Assembly (NCBI GenBank): GCA_964446485.1
Contig: CAYUOU010000008.1
Location: forward strand, 2,262 to 66,261
Direction of reading: 5' to 3'
Source of the DNA: an uncultured Desulfobacterales bacterium
GTDB taxonomy: Bacteria; Desulfobacterota; Desulfobacteria; Desulfobacterales; JBDRRP01
DNA length: 64,000 nucleotides
The notes beneath the pieces are model-generated. The model saw nothing but the letters and a program-made list of their open reading frames with translations. It was not told where the DNA came from and did no database searches. Positions 56,452-64,000 of the stretch are shown here, one piece after another (the stretch's first letter is position 1; each line of letters opens with the position of its first letter). The position numbers were made by a program, and so were the translations under genes.

Positions 56452-57420
56452 ATGCCCGAGGCACTGTTTCCCGACCTGTTTCGCATCCGGATCCCGCTGC
56501 CCGAGAGCCCGCTCAAGTATCTCAATGCCTATGTCATCAAGTCCGATGACAAAAATCTGCTGGTGGATACGGGGCTCAACCGCCAAGAGTGCTTCGATGC
56601 CATGACCGCCGGCCTCACGGACCTGAATGTCGATCTGACGCGCACCGATTTTTTTATCACCCATTTGCATGCGGATCATTTCGGGCTGGTCAACCGGCTG
56701 GCGACCCCCTCTTCAAAAATCTATTTCAACCGCCCGGACAGCGAACTTATCGAATCCTGGGAAGGGTTCGACCCCATGATCGCCTACGGCGGCCAAAACG
56801 GGTTCCCGGAAGACGAACTGCGTGCGGCGCTCCACAATCACCCGGGATACAAGCATGGCTCGGAGTGGATGCCGGCGCTGAGCATCATCAATGACGGATA
56901 TGTCTTCGATATCGGAGGCTACCGGTTTGAATGCGTCCTGACGCCCGGTCACACTGCCGGGCACATGTGCCTCTACGAACCCACCCACAAAATTTTGATC
57001 GCCGGCGATCACCTGCTCATCGACATTACCCCGAACATCCAGTGCTGGTCCGATGACGACAACCCTTTGAAAAGCTATCTGGCCAGCCTGGACAAGGTGC
57101 GCGCGCTGGACGTGGAACACGTGCTGCCGGGGCATCGCCGACTTTTCACCGACCACCGCCGCCGCATCGATGAATTGAAACGCCACCATGCCGTCAGGGC
57201 GGAAGAAGCCCTCAAGATCCTGGGCGATGGTCCCATGAGCGCCTATGCGGTGGCTTCGAAGATGCGGTGGGACATCCGCTGCGATACCTGGGAGGCCTTT
57301 CCCGTGGCCCAGCGCTGGTTTGCCACCGGCGAGGCCATTTCCCATTTACGCTATCTTGAGGACGAAGGGCGCCTTGTCCGCCAACGTATCGGCAATGCTA
57401 CTATCTACAGCCTTTCCTGA
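56452..57420 (+). CDS. MBL-fold metallo-hydrolase with C-terminal wHTH-like tail
   Basis: 322 aa with the THLHADHFG (HxHxDH) motif. It is the last gene of the operon. Confidence 0.85.
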   Translation: MPEALFPDLFRIRIPLPESPLKYLNAYVIKSDDKNLLVDTGLNRQECFDAMTAGLTDLNVDLTRTDFFITHLHADHFGLVNRLATPSSKIYFNRPDSELIESWEGFDPMIAYGGQNGFPEDELRAALHNHPGYKHGSEWMPALSIINDGYVFDIGGYRFECVLTPGHTAGHMCLYEPTHKILIAGDHLLIDITPNIQCWSDDDNPLKSYLASLDKVRALDVEHVLPGHRRLFTDHRRRIDELKRHHAVRAEEALKILGDGPMSAYAVASKMRWDIRCDTWEAFPVAQRWFATGEAISHLRYLEDEGRLVRQRIGNATIYSLS

Positions 57421-57630
57421 TTTTCAGTGACCGGTTGTTTTTTTCACAGACTAGATCGGTGTTTCCAATCTCGAATCCGTGACTGTGTTGCCTACCGTAC
57501 AGAAATGCATTTACGTTAGGAGGCAACCATATGATCAACGCATACGCAGTTTTTGAATCCCGTGGGAAGCGGTGACAACGTTCACCTCCAGTGAGGACAA
57601 AAAAAGGCCGCCCTGAACAAGGATGGCGTC

Positions 57631-58236
57631 TCATCCGTGCGGTGAGCAGGGCAGATGTTTCTCACCCATGACAACCGGATCGTAAAGATCAGGAAAATAA
57701 TACGGAAGCACCGGCAGGAGCAGCCCGATGGTGAGCGGCGCCCGGTGATTGTCTGATTGAAGCAGCCCTTCGCTCAGCAGCGCACTGACCGTTCGCCGGG
57801 CGGTGCGCTCGCTCATGTTCAGAATGCCCACGGCCTTTCCGCGGGCGATGGCGCCGCGCACAAAGACCGCTTTGAGGAGCGCGGCCAGAAACAGGCCCGA
57901 AAAGAGACGCGCCACCCGGCCGTTGCCGTCTCTGAACGGGTGGAGCCAGGTGAGCCGGTGGTGGCTTGCCGCCATGGCCATCAGCCGCTCGTCACCGTGA
58001 AAACGCCCGGGGCTGTAGATTTGTGCAAAGGCGTTCATCAGCGCCGACTGGATCTCCGGAATGGTGGTTTTGTGTCCCTCGATCAGGTTGCTGTAATAGC
58101 TGTTGACAAGCCGCAGGCGATCACCGATGGCGCGAGCGGTTTCCGGCGCCACCCGGCCCTCCAGCCGGAATGACGCACAAACGATCTCCTGGGCCATGTC
58201 CTTGATAAGTCCGCTGTCGTCTGTTCCGGGCAACAC
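57631..58236 (-). pseudogene. Fic-family protein, short/degenerate
   Basis: The core motif HPFRDGNGRVARL is present, but the protein is only 201 aa, against about 330-380 aa for typical Fic-plus-wHTH proteins. It has a GTG start with no SD, and the frame is closed by a TAA at 58282-84 just upstream. Confidence 0.55.
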
Positions 58237-58260
58237 CGGTGTCAGCGTCAGCTCGATATT

Positions 58261-58284
58261 TTTGGCCGGTTCTTTGGCCGGTTA
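58261..58284. repeat. 12 bp tandem duplication
   Basis: tttggccggttc tttggccggtta (11/12 identical), immediately upstream of the Fic remnant. In the fic frame it encodes PAKE-PAKN. Confidence 0.7.
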
Positions 58285-58560
58285 TTCACACCCATTTTTT
58301 GACTGTTTATCGAGTTTGCAACTGCGGGTGTTTCCTGCCAAACAGCTTTTCACGGCAGGTAAGAATGCGCAGTGAAAAGTGATCTCGCGGCACCCTGGAC
58401 AAGAGGTGGTAGCCACTGTACCTTGCATCCTGTGCGAACCGTTGTCAGCTCCACGGATAATCATTTCGTCATTGAGTGGAAGTTGCCCAAAACGCATTGG
58501 CGGTTTAAAAGACGGATAGCGTCGTCCATCGCCCACGCGACGTTACTGGGAAACCCAAAC

Positions 58561-60201
58561 ATGAAAAGCAGCGATCCTCCCAATCCCCGTGAAATCGACC
58601 CGAAGGCTTTCGAGCCGGTAGTGATCACCAATGAGAAGGAACATGTCATCCTTCACGGCGGCGATCAGGGTCGCCCAAAACTGCTGCGCCAAGCCTACAG
58701 TGAAACTGCCGGATCACGGGTGATCGACGATGAGTCGCTAAAAATGATTCAGGTGCTTCGGCTCCATGAGGCAGTGGATCATACAGCGAGCGCCACCGGT
58801 TCGGCGGTTCTTTTGAGATCGCTCATCCAGCCCAGCACCGATCTCCACCATATCCAATCCAAGCAGGAATCCCTGAGAGAAATTGCCGCCAATGATTCGC
58901 TGCAACAGGGGCTGCGGGAGTGCGTCCACGCGTTCTGCAAGCGGGAGGACGCCCTATACAAATTTTTCAACAAGGGCCTCTATGCCCTGTTTCCCTATCC
59001 CGATTTCAAGCGGGCAAGAAAAGCGTCAACCCAACTCGGCACCATGATGCGGCATGTCCCCCCGGCCGCGTCACCCTATCTGCAATCCCTGATGGCAGGG
59101 CTTGAGGCGTACCGGGACACGCCCATCGATCGGATGATGACCGGCGCGGTTTACAAAACCCTCGGCGGGTTGAAATCGGGGCGCGAGGTGGGATTTTTTA
59201 CCCCTAAGATCAAGTTTATCCCCCGCCGGTTCACGAAGTGGCTGCTCGCAGGGCCCGCGGTGGCACTGGCACCCCTGGCCCTTTCCAAGCTGGGTTTCGC
59301 TGACGCCGTCTCGCCGATGCTGACCACGATCGGGCTCGCGTGGACAGGGGTGTATGCGTTTTATGCCGGACTGATGAAACCGCTTAGAGACACCGACCAC
59401 TTCATTGACCCTTTCAGGGAGCAATGCATTCACGACCCTGCATTCAGCCGCGCCGTCGACGCCGTCGGGATGATCGATGAACTGTTGTCCTGCCACGACT
59501 TCGCCAAGGAGATGCCCCACGCCACCACCCTGCCCGCGATCGCGGATGAACCCCACCACGCCTTCGAGGCGACGGGCCTGAGGAATCCGGTCATCGCCAA
59601 GGCTAACCCGGATTTCGTGCCGAACGATGTAAAGATGAACGGCGCGCGGCTCACCTTCATCAGCGGGCCCAACAGCGGCGGGAAGACGACCATCTGCAAG
59701 AGCATTGTTCACAATCAACTGCTGGCGCAGATGGGGTGCTACGTGGTTGCTGAAAAGGCCGCCATCAATATCGCCGACATGGTCAGCTACCAGGCCCCGA
59801 AATTCGATGGACTGGAGGATGAGGAAGGTCGTTTCGGTACTGAACTCAGCCGCACGCGGGACATCTTCTACGCTACCGGCCCGAAGAGCCTGGTGATTCT
59901 CGATGAACTGGCGGAAGGCACGACGGTTGAAGAGCGGCTTCAGGAGTCCTTTGGAATCATGAGCGATTTCCATGTGATCGGCAACAATACGGTCCTCGTC
60001 ACGCACAACCATTCCCTGGTGGACGGATTCATGGCTGAGAACAAGGGGCAGTGCCTGATGGTTGCCTTCGACGAAGACGCGCCCACCTACAAAATCGTGC
60101 CCGGTATTTCACGGGTGTCCCACGCGGCCAAAATCGCTGAGAAAATCAAGTTTTCCCCAGCGGACAGACGTCGACACCTGAAAGAAAAGGGGTATCTGTA
60201 A
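58561..60201 (+). CDS. MutS-related ATPase (domains III and V only) with a central TM hairpin
   Basis: 546 aa from the ATG at 58561. Domain III-like ATGSAVLLRSLIQPSTDLHHIQSKQESLREI. Two hydrophobic helices at about aa 225-273 (59233-59379). Walker A GPNSGGKT (59665-59688), Walker B LVILDE. No mismatch-binding domain. Confidence 0.8.
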   Translation: MKSSDPPNPREIDPKAFEPVVITNEKEHVILHGGDQGRPKLLRQAYSETAGSRVIDDESLKMIQVLRLHEAVDHTASATGSAVLLRSLIQPSTDLHHIQSKQESLREIAANDSLQQGLRECVHAFCKREDALYKFFNKGLYALFPYPDFKRARKASTQLGTMMRHVPPAASPYLQSLMAGLEAYRDTPIDRMMTGAVYKTLGGLKSGREVGFFTPKIKFIPRRFTKWLLAGPAVALAPLALSKLGFADAVSPMLTTIGLAWTGVYAFYAGLMKPLRDTDHFIDPFREQCIHDPAFSRAVDAVGMIDELLSCHDFAKEMPHATTLPAIADEPHHAFEATGLRNPVIAKANPDFVPNDVKMNGARLTFISGPNSGGKTTICKSIVHNQLLAQMGCYVVAEKAAINIADMVSYQAPKFDGLEDEEGRFGTELSRTRDIFYATGPKSLVILDELAEGTTVEERLQESFGIMSDFHVIGNNTVLVTHNHSLVDGFMAENKGQCLMVAFDEDAPTYKIVPGISRVSHAAKIAEKIKFSPADRRRHLKEKGYL

Positions 60202-60271
60202 CCGATTCTGCTGCCCCATCGTTCTTTTTGGTAATTTTTACCGTTTCATCAAATTTAATGGGGTCACTTTC

Positions 60272-60793
60272 ATGGACAAACCATTCATACTCCTTGCAAT
60301 AACATTGCTTCTATTCAGTTTTGGCTGCCAAACACTGCCACCCATCGAAACGGTGGACCATGTGGATCTGAACCGTTTTATGGGGGACTGGTATGTGATT
60401 GCCGTCATCCCCACCGTATTTGAAAAAGAGGTTTACAACGGGATTGAATCGTATCGGTTGGCAGAAGACGGTACCGTGGAGACCACGTTCACCTTCAACA
60501 AAGGCGGGTTCGACGGTCCCGTCAAGGTGTACCGGCCACGGGGGTTTGTGCGCGACCCGGATTCCAATGCGGTGTGGGGCATGCAGTTTGTGTGGCCGTT
60601 CAAAGCAGAGTATCGCATCGTCTATCTGGATGATGATTACGCCACCACGGTTATCGGCCGTACCAAGCGCGACTACGTCTGGATCATGGCGCGTGCCCCC
60701 GAGATCCCCCAAGCCGATTACGAGCGCATCCTGTCGTTTATCGGGGAACAGGGGTACGACCTGTCAAAGGTTCAAAAAATCCCCCATCAGTGA
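60272..60793 (+). CDS. blc: bacterial lipocalin (Blc-like outer-membrane lipoprotein)
   Basis: Lipobox LFSFGC, then VDLNRFMGDWYVIA and the lipocalin SCR motifs. Confidence 0.9.
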   Translation: MDKPFILLAITLLLFSFGCQTLPPIETVDHVDLNRFMGDWYVIAVIPTVFEKEVYNGIESYRLAEDGTVETTFTFNKGGFDGPVKVYRPRGFVRDPDSNAVWGMQFVWPFKAEYRIVYLDDDYATTVIGRTKRDYVWIMARAPEIPQADYERILSFIGEQGYDLSKVQKIPHQ

Positions 60794-60869
60794 TGTGGCC
60801 CGGCGACGATCGCACCATAAACGACGAAAGGCGGGAGTCCGGCGGCGATGCCCTGCGAGCAGCAGCGGT

Positions 60870-62051
60870 TTAGATAAAGGCCTTCGCGTCAGTGGGGGGA
60901 TGAGTTTCGGATAAGGGCGCTATCGGCGCTTTTCGTGGTAACTGGATGCAGAACCGGGATCCTTGACCGAGATTGGACGCCACGGTGATGTCGCCCCCAT
61001 GCTGGCGAATGATTGTGTCTGCGATGAACAACCCGAGGCCGGTCCCCTGTATGCCTTTGGTGGAGTAAAACACCGTGAAGAGTTTTTTCAGTTGCTCCGG
61101 CGTCATTCCCGTGCCGTTATCTTCCACGGAAAACCCGACGGCGTCCGATGTCCCTTGCGCCATCAGCAGGACCCGGTGTTCGCGTTCCGGCTGTTTATGC
61201 GCCACGCAGGCGTCCAGTGCGTTCTCGAGCACATTGACCAATGCCGCCTTCAAGAGCCCCGCGTTCGCTTCGAAAGCCCCGTCACAGTCGCCGGTGTCCG
61301 TGATCAGCGTGACGCCCCGTCTTTCAAACCGGGGCCGGACGGCCTCATTCAGATCGAGGACAAAAGCGGCAATGTCAACGAGTGACTGCTGGAGTTTTCT
61401 TTCTTTGGCGTAGAAGAGAATGTCCAGCGTAATCTTCCGTATCCTTTCGGACATGTGCGCAACCAGTTCCATGCCCTCACGAATCTGATCCGCGTCACCG
61501 GCGCTAATAGCCCGGTCAAGGGTATAGACACCGGCATCCAGGCCGGCCAGCACGCCCTTAATGCTGTGGGATATGGAGGCGATCATCAGCCCCAAAAACG
61601 TCAGGTTGTTTTGAAGATTCCGGATCTGCGTAATGTCCATGAAGATCAGCATGACCTGGAGCAGTTTGCCGGCAGCAGAAGCCATGGGCGATGTCCAGAC
61701 CATCATTTCATAACGACGCCAGCTCTCCGGGATCAGGGTCATTTCGCCGTGATGGGGCATGCCGTCGGTGTAGGTTTCCATCAGGGGGGTCTCGGACAGG
61801 TGCTTGCCTTCAATTGAAAAATACTCGAGGAAGGCGACGCCGGTTTGGTCGCCGAATTCGTCGGAGAAGTGGCGATTGGTTGCCGTGAACCGCATATCGC
61901 GATCCAAAACGGCCACGTGGCATGGAACGGCGTCAAAAAGCTGCTGGTACCGCTGCTGGGTGGTGCCGAGGTCTTTGCGCAGTTGGTGGATGTCGCGGGT
62001 GCCGGCGGTCAAAACGGTTTTTGACTCTGCGGGCAATGCCTCGTTTTTCAA
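60870..62051 (-). CDS. PAS-domain sensor histidine kinase
   Basis: PAS region, HisKA with ISHSIKG, and HATPase_c (N, G1, G2 boxes: VLENALDA, DNGTGM, GTGLGL). It has a TTG start and looks like the 3' part of a frameshifted REC-PAS-HK gene. Confidence 0.85.
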   Translation of the reverse strand: MKNEALPAESKTVLTAGTRDIHQLRKDLGTTQQRYQQLFDAVPCHVAVLDRDMRFTATNRHFSDEFGDQTGVAFLEYFSIEGKHLSETPLMETYTDGMPHHGEMTLIPESWRRYEMMVWTSPMASAAGKLLQVMLIFMDITQIRNLQNNLTFLGLMIASISHSIKGVLAGLDAGVYTLDRAISAGDADQIREGMELVAHMSERIRKITLDILFYAKERKLQQSLVDIAAFVLDLNEAVRPRFERRGVTLITDTGDCDGAFEANAGLLKAALVNVLENALDACVAHKQPEREHRVLLMAQGTSDAVGFSVEDNGTGMTPEQLKKLFTVFYSTKGIQGTGLGLFIADTIIRQHGGDITVASNLGQGSRFCIQLPRKAPIAPLSETHPPTDAKAFI

Positions 62052-62436
62052 TGATGGATCGGCGTTTTAACTGAATGCGCTCCGAGGCAATGCGCAAAAG
62101 GAGTTCCAATTCCCGGCGGTCGGGCGGCTGCTGGCCGGCACCGCAGATGGTCCTGCCCAGATCGGCTTCTCTGTGGTGGATGTTTTCTGGCGACGTCAGG
62201 ACGATGCACTCGAGTGCCGGACGGATTTTCTTCAGGGCCTGCAAGTGCTCAACCAATTGCAGTTCGGTGTCATTGTCTGAAATGATGGCGATATCGGCGG
62301 TGATGATTGCTTTGGGCTGCAGCGCATCGGTGATGTCAGGGAACATTTGGGAGCGAAAGCCCAGTGATTCAACGATTTCCGCCGCCGCATCGACTGACGA
62401 TGCGGGCGATCCCATCAAAAGAACCAACAATGCCAT
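61933..62436 (-). CDS. receiver-like (pseudo-receiver) domain ORF overlapping the kinase by 119 nt
   Basis: The first ~125 aa have a REC-like alternating pattern, but the acidic pocket and conserved Lys are replaced. The last ~35 codons are R/P/H-rich out-of-frame-looking sequence. Confidence 0.5.
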   Translation of the reverse strand: MALLVLLMGSPASSVDAAAEIVESLGFRSQMFPDITDALQPKAIITADIAIISDNDTELQLVEHLQALKKIRPALECIVLTSPENIHHREADLGRTICGAGQQPPDRRELELLLRIASERIQLKRRSIIEKRGIARRVKNRFDRRHPRHPPTAQRPRHHPAAVPAAF

Positions 62437-62515
62437 GGACGTGCCGCTTCCTTTGGTGATGTGGCGATGGCCGTTGACCGGATGGCCGGGTTCAACGGGA
62501 AACGAGATCGAAGGG

Positions 62516-62555
62516 CAAGAAAGGGCATTCCCCGAAGCGGAAATGCCCTTTCTTG
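62516..62555. terminator. strong hairpin downstream of rubrerythrin
   Basis: Perfect 14 bp stem CAAGAAAGGGCATT (62516-29) / AATGCCCTTTCTTG (62542-55) with a 12 nt loop. Confidence 0.7.
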
Positions 62556-62568
62556 AATGGCTAGGTGG

Positions 62569-63144
62569 CTACCAGTTTTCGCACAGCAATTCGAAATAGC
62601 CCTGGGGTTTGACGCAGGCCGGGCATTTTTCCGGGGCGGTGTCCCCCATGTGCAGGTATCCGCAGTTGCGGCAGCGCCACACCATCTCTTGATTTCTGGC
62701 GAATGCACGGTCAGCCAGGAGATTGGCGGCCAGTTCCCGGTAGCGCTTTTCGTGCTGCTTTTCGGACACGCTGATGGCGTTCCAGGTGTCAGCTGCCCGT
62801 GCGAATCCTTCATCTTCGGCTATTTTGGCAAACCCGGGGTAGAGTTCGGTGTGCTCGAACCGTTCACCGTCGGCCGCCGCCAGCAGGTTGGCGTGGGTGT
62901 CGCCGATCACCCCAGAGGGGTAGCTGGCCGTGATTTCAAGCTCCCCTCCATTGAAGAACTTGAAGAACCTCAGGGCGTGCTCGCATTCCTGGTTGGCGGT
63001 CTCCTCGAAAATGTCGGCAATTTGGACAAGCCCTTCTTCCGAGGCACGACGGGCGAAGTAGGTGTAGCGGTTTCTGGCCTGAGACTCTCCGGCGAAGGCG
63101 GCCAGCAGGTTTTTGGCCGTCCGGCTTTCCCTGAATGTTCCCAC
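62569..63144 (-). CDS. rbr: rubrerythrin
   Basis: 191 aa from the GTG at 63144, with a GGGGG SD placed just after the upstream stop. Diiron ExxH motifs (EECEH-like QECEHA, EKQHEKR) and a C-terminal rubredoxin-like CRNCG...CPAC. Confidence 0.92.
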   Translation of the reverse strand: MGTFRESRTAKNLLAAFAGESQARNRYTYFARRASEEGLVQIADIFEETANQECEHALRFFKFFNGGELEITASYPSGVIGDTHANLLAAADGERFEHTELYPGFAKIAEDEGFARAADTWNAISVSEKQHEKRYRELAANLLADRAFARNQEMVWRCRNCGYLHMGDTAPEKCPACVKPQGYFELLCENW

Positions 63145-63154
63145 GGTTGCCCCC

Positions 63155-63346
63155 TTAATCTTCGATTTCAATGGCATCGGCGCCGCATTCTGCAGCCGCC
63201 TGCCGCACGATGGCCTCCAAATGCGCGGGGATGACGTCGACCTGGACTACGGAGAGCAGCTGGTCTTCGTCGTATTGGAACACTTCGGGGCACAGCTTGT
63301 TGCAGTTGCGATCTCCCATGCACTGACTGGTGACGGTTGCTTTCAT
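63155..63346 (-). CDS. small single-cluster ferredoxin (Fer4_13/15-like)
   Basis: 63 aa from the ATG at 63346 with AAAGGAGG RBS. QCMGDRNCNKLCPEVFQYDED plus a C-terminal Cys (AAECGADAI). Confidence 0.8.
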   Translation of the reverse strand: MKATVTSQCMGDRNCNKLCPEVFQYDEDQLLSVVQVDVIPAHLEAIVRQAAAECGADAIEIED

Positions 63347-63694
63347 TAACGCCTCCTTTGATAAGGTGAGTGGTGTAGTTGTTATGCTTGTGGCGGGCGA
63401 AAAAACCACCACCGCAGCGAACCTCCTGAGATGTTTTTTAAAAGTTCCCTGAGAGCGGTCGGCCAAAGCCTAATGATGTTGGGGGCGTTGTGTCAATCCC
63501 AAATAATACCCTATGGTTCTGATATTGAATGGCCTATGGCGTGAACCGGGCGAGAATACCCATTTGGGCAAGTGCAGGGCAAAATTTCCCTTTCACGCAT
63601 CTTTGAAAAAGTGTATTGCGTCAGCGATTGTGTGGCAGACAATCTATCACGATGTCGCGCCGGCCCTGCATATTCAGAGGGCTGCCTGAAAAGC

Positions 63695-63733
63695 AAAACC
63701 GGCATTGCGCAACTGCGGCGCAATGTCGGTTTT
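63695..63733 (-). terminator. rho-independent terminator (bidirectional) after the 56-aa ORF
   Basis: AAAACCGGCATTGCGC (63695-710) pairs 15/16 with GCGCAATGTCGGTTTT (63718-733). U-tracts are present on both strands. Confidence 0.8.
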
Positions 63734-63780
63734 GGTGAATTTTCAAGCTACTGCAGAACCGCTGCCGCCAACGCCGCTGG

Positions 63781-63951
63781 CTACTCGTCATTCACACTGG
63801 CATATCGTCCCGTTACATCCGCGTCGACGCACGCCTCCGTGTCAGCAGCGGAAACATGCCCGTCAGTGCCGGCCACATCGGTGGGGCAGAAGTATTCCTT
63901 GCCGTCATCATCCTTGGTAGGGATATAGGTTGCATTCTCAATGGTAATCAT
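63781..63951 (-). CDS. small acidic Cys-containing hypothetical protein (56 aa; below the ORF-track size cut-off)
   Basis: ATG at 63951 with AAGGAG 6 nt upstream, MITIENATYIPTKDDDGKEYFCPTDVAGTDGHVSAADTEACVDADVTGRYASVNDE. It is followed by a strong terminator. Confidence 0.6.
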   Translation of the reverse strand: MITIENATYIPTKDDDGKEYFCPTDVAGTDGHVSAADTEACVDADVTGRYASVNDE

Positions 63952-64000
63952 AATGCGCTCCTTAGCTTGTTTTTAATAGGGTGTCAGTCGCCGAGCGCCC

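Overview
GC-rich, densely coding bacterial chromosomal window. I support about 55 protein genes and saw no rRNA, tRNA, CRISPR array, transposase or integrase. The gene content includes rubrerythrin plus ferredoxin, cytochrome bd, a KamA-type radical SAM enzyme, a MetF-MetV fusion, a sigma54 enhancer-binding protein and TRAP/ABC uptake systems. By inference only, this fits an anaerobic or microaerotolerant Desulfobacterota-like proteobacterium. Housekeeping genes present are pyk, csp, cydAB, htpG, mtgA, ppiB, plsC, a rho-like gene, darP and an rlmL-like gene. Four things stand out. (1) An ~11 kb operon at 46.4-57.4 kb sits divergent from a PAS/sigma54 activator. It encodes an MCC/GCC-type carboxyltransferase, a split biotin carboxylase and BCCP, a crotonase, AtuA, a DinB-like TIGR03084-type protein, two acyl-CoA dehydrogenases and an MBL hydrolase, with no lyase. 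This is an uncharacterised Atu/Liu-like pathway in an apparent anaerobe. It also carries a ~110 nt inverted-repeat element between its first two genes. (2) An 819 aa KamA-family radical SAM protein has an extra N-terminal domain and an internally duplicated, cluster-less second core. It is co-transcribed with a cytosolic M23-like metallopeptidase homologue next to an IclR regulator and amino-acid transporters. (3) A MerR gene is coupled to a truncated ADP-ribosylglycohydrolase that collides with a SLOG/DprA-like gene. (4) Several decayed or split genes occur: SolA-like, Fic-like, a REC/histidine-kinase frameshift, and an in-frame TGA in an adenylate cyclase. All family assignments come from reading the translated ORFs and recalling motifs; no database search was run.
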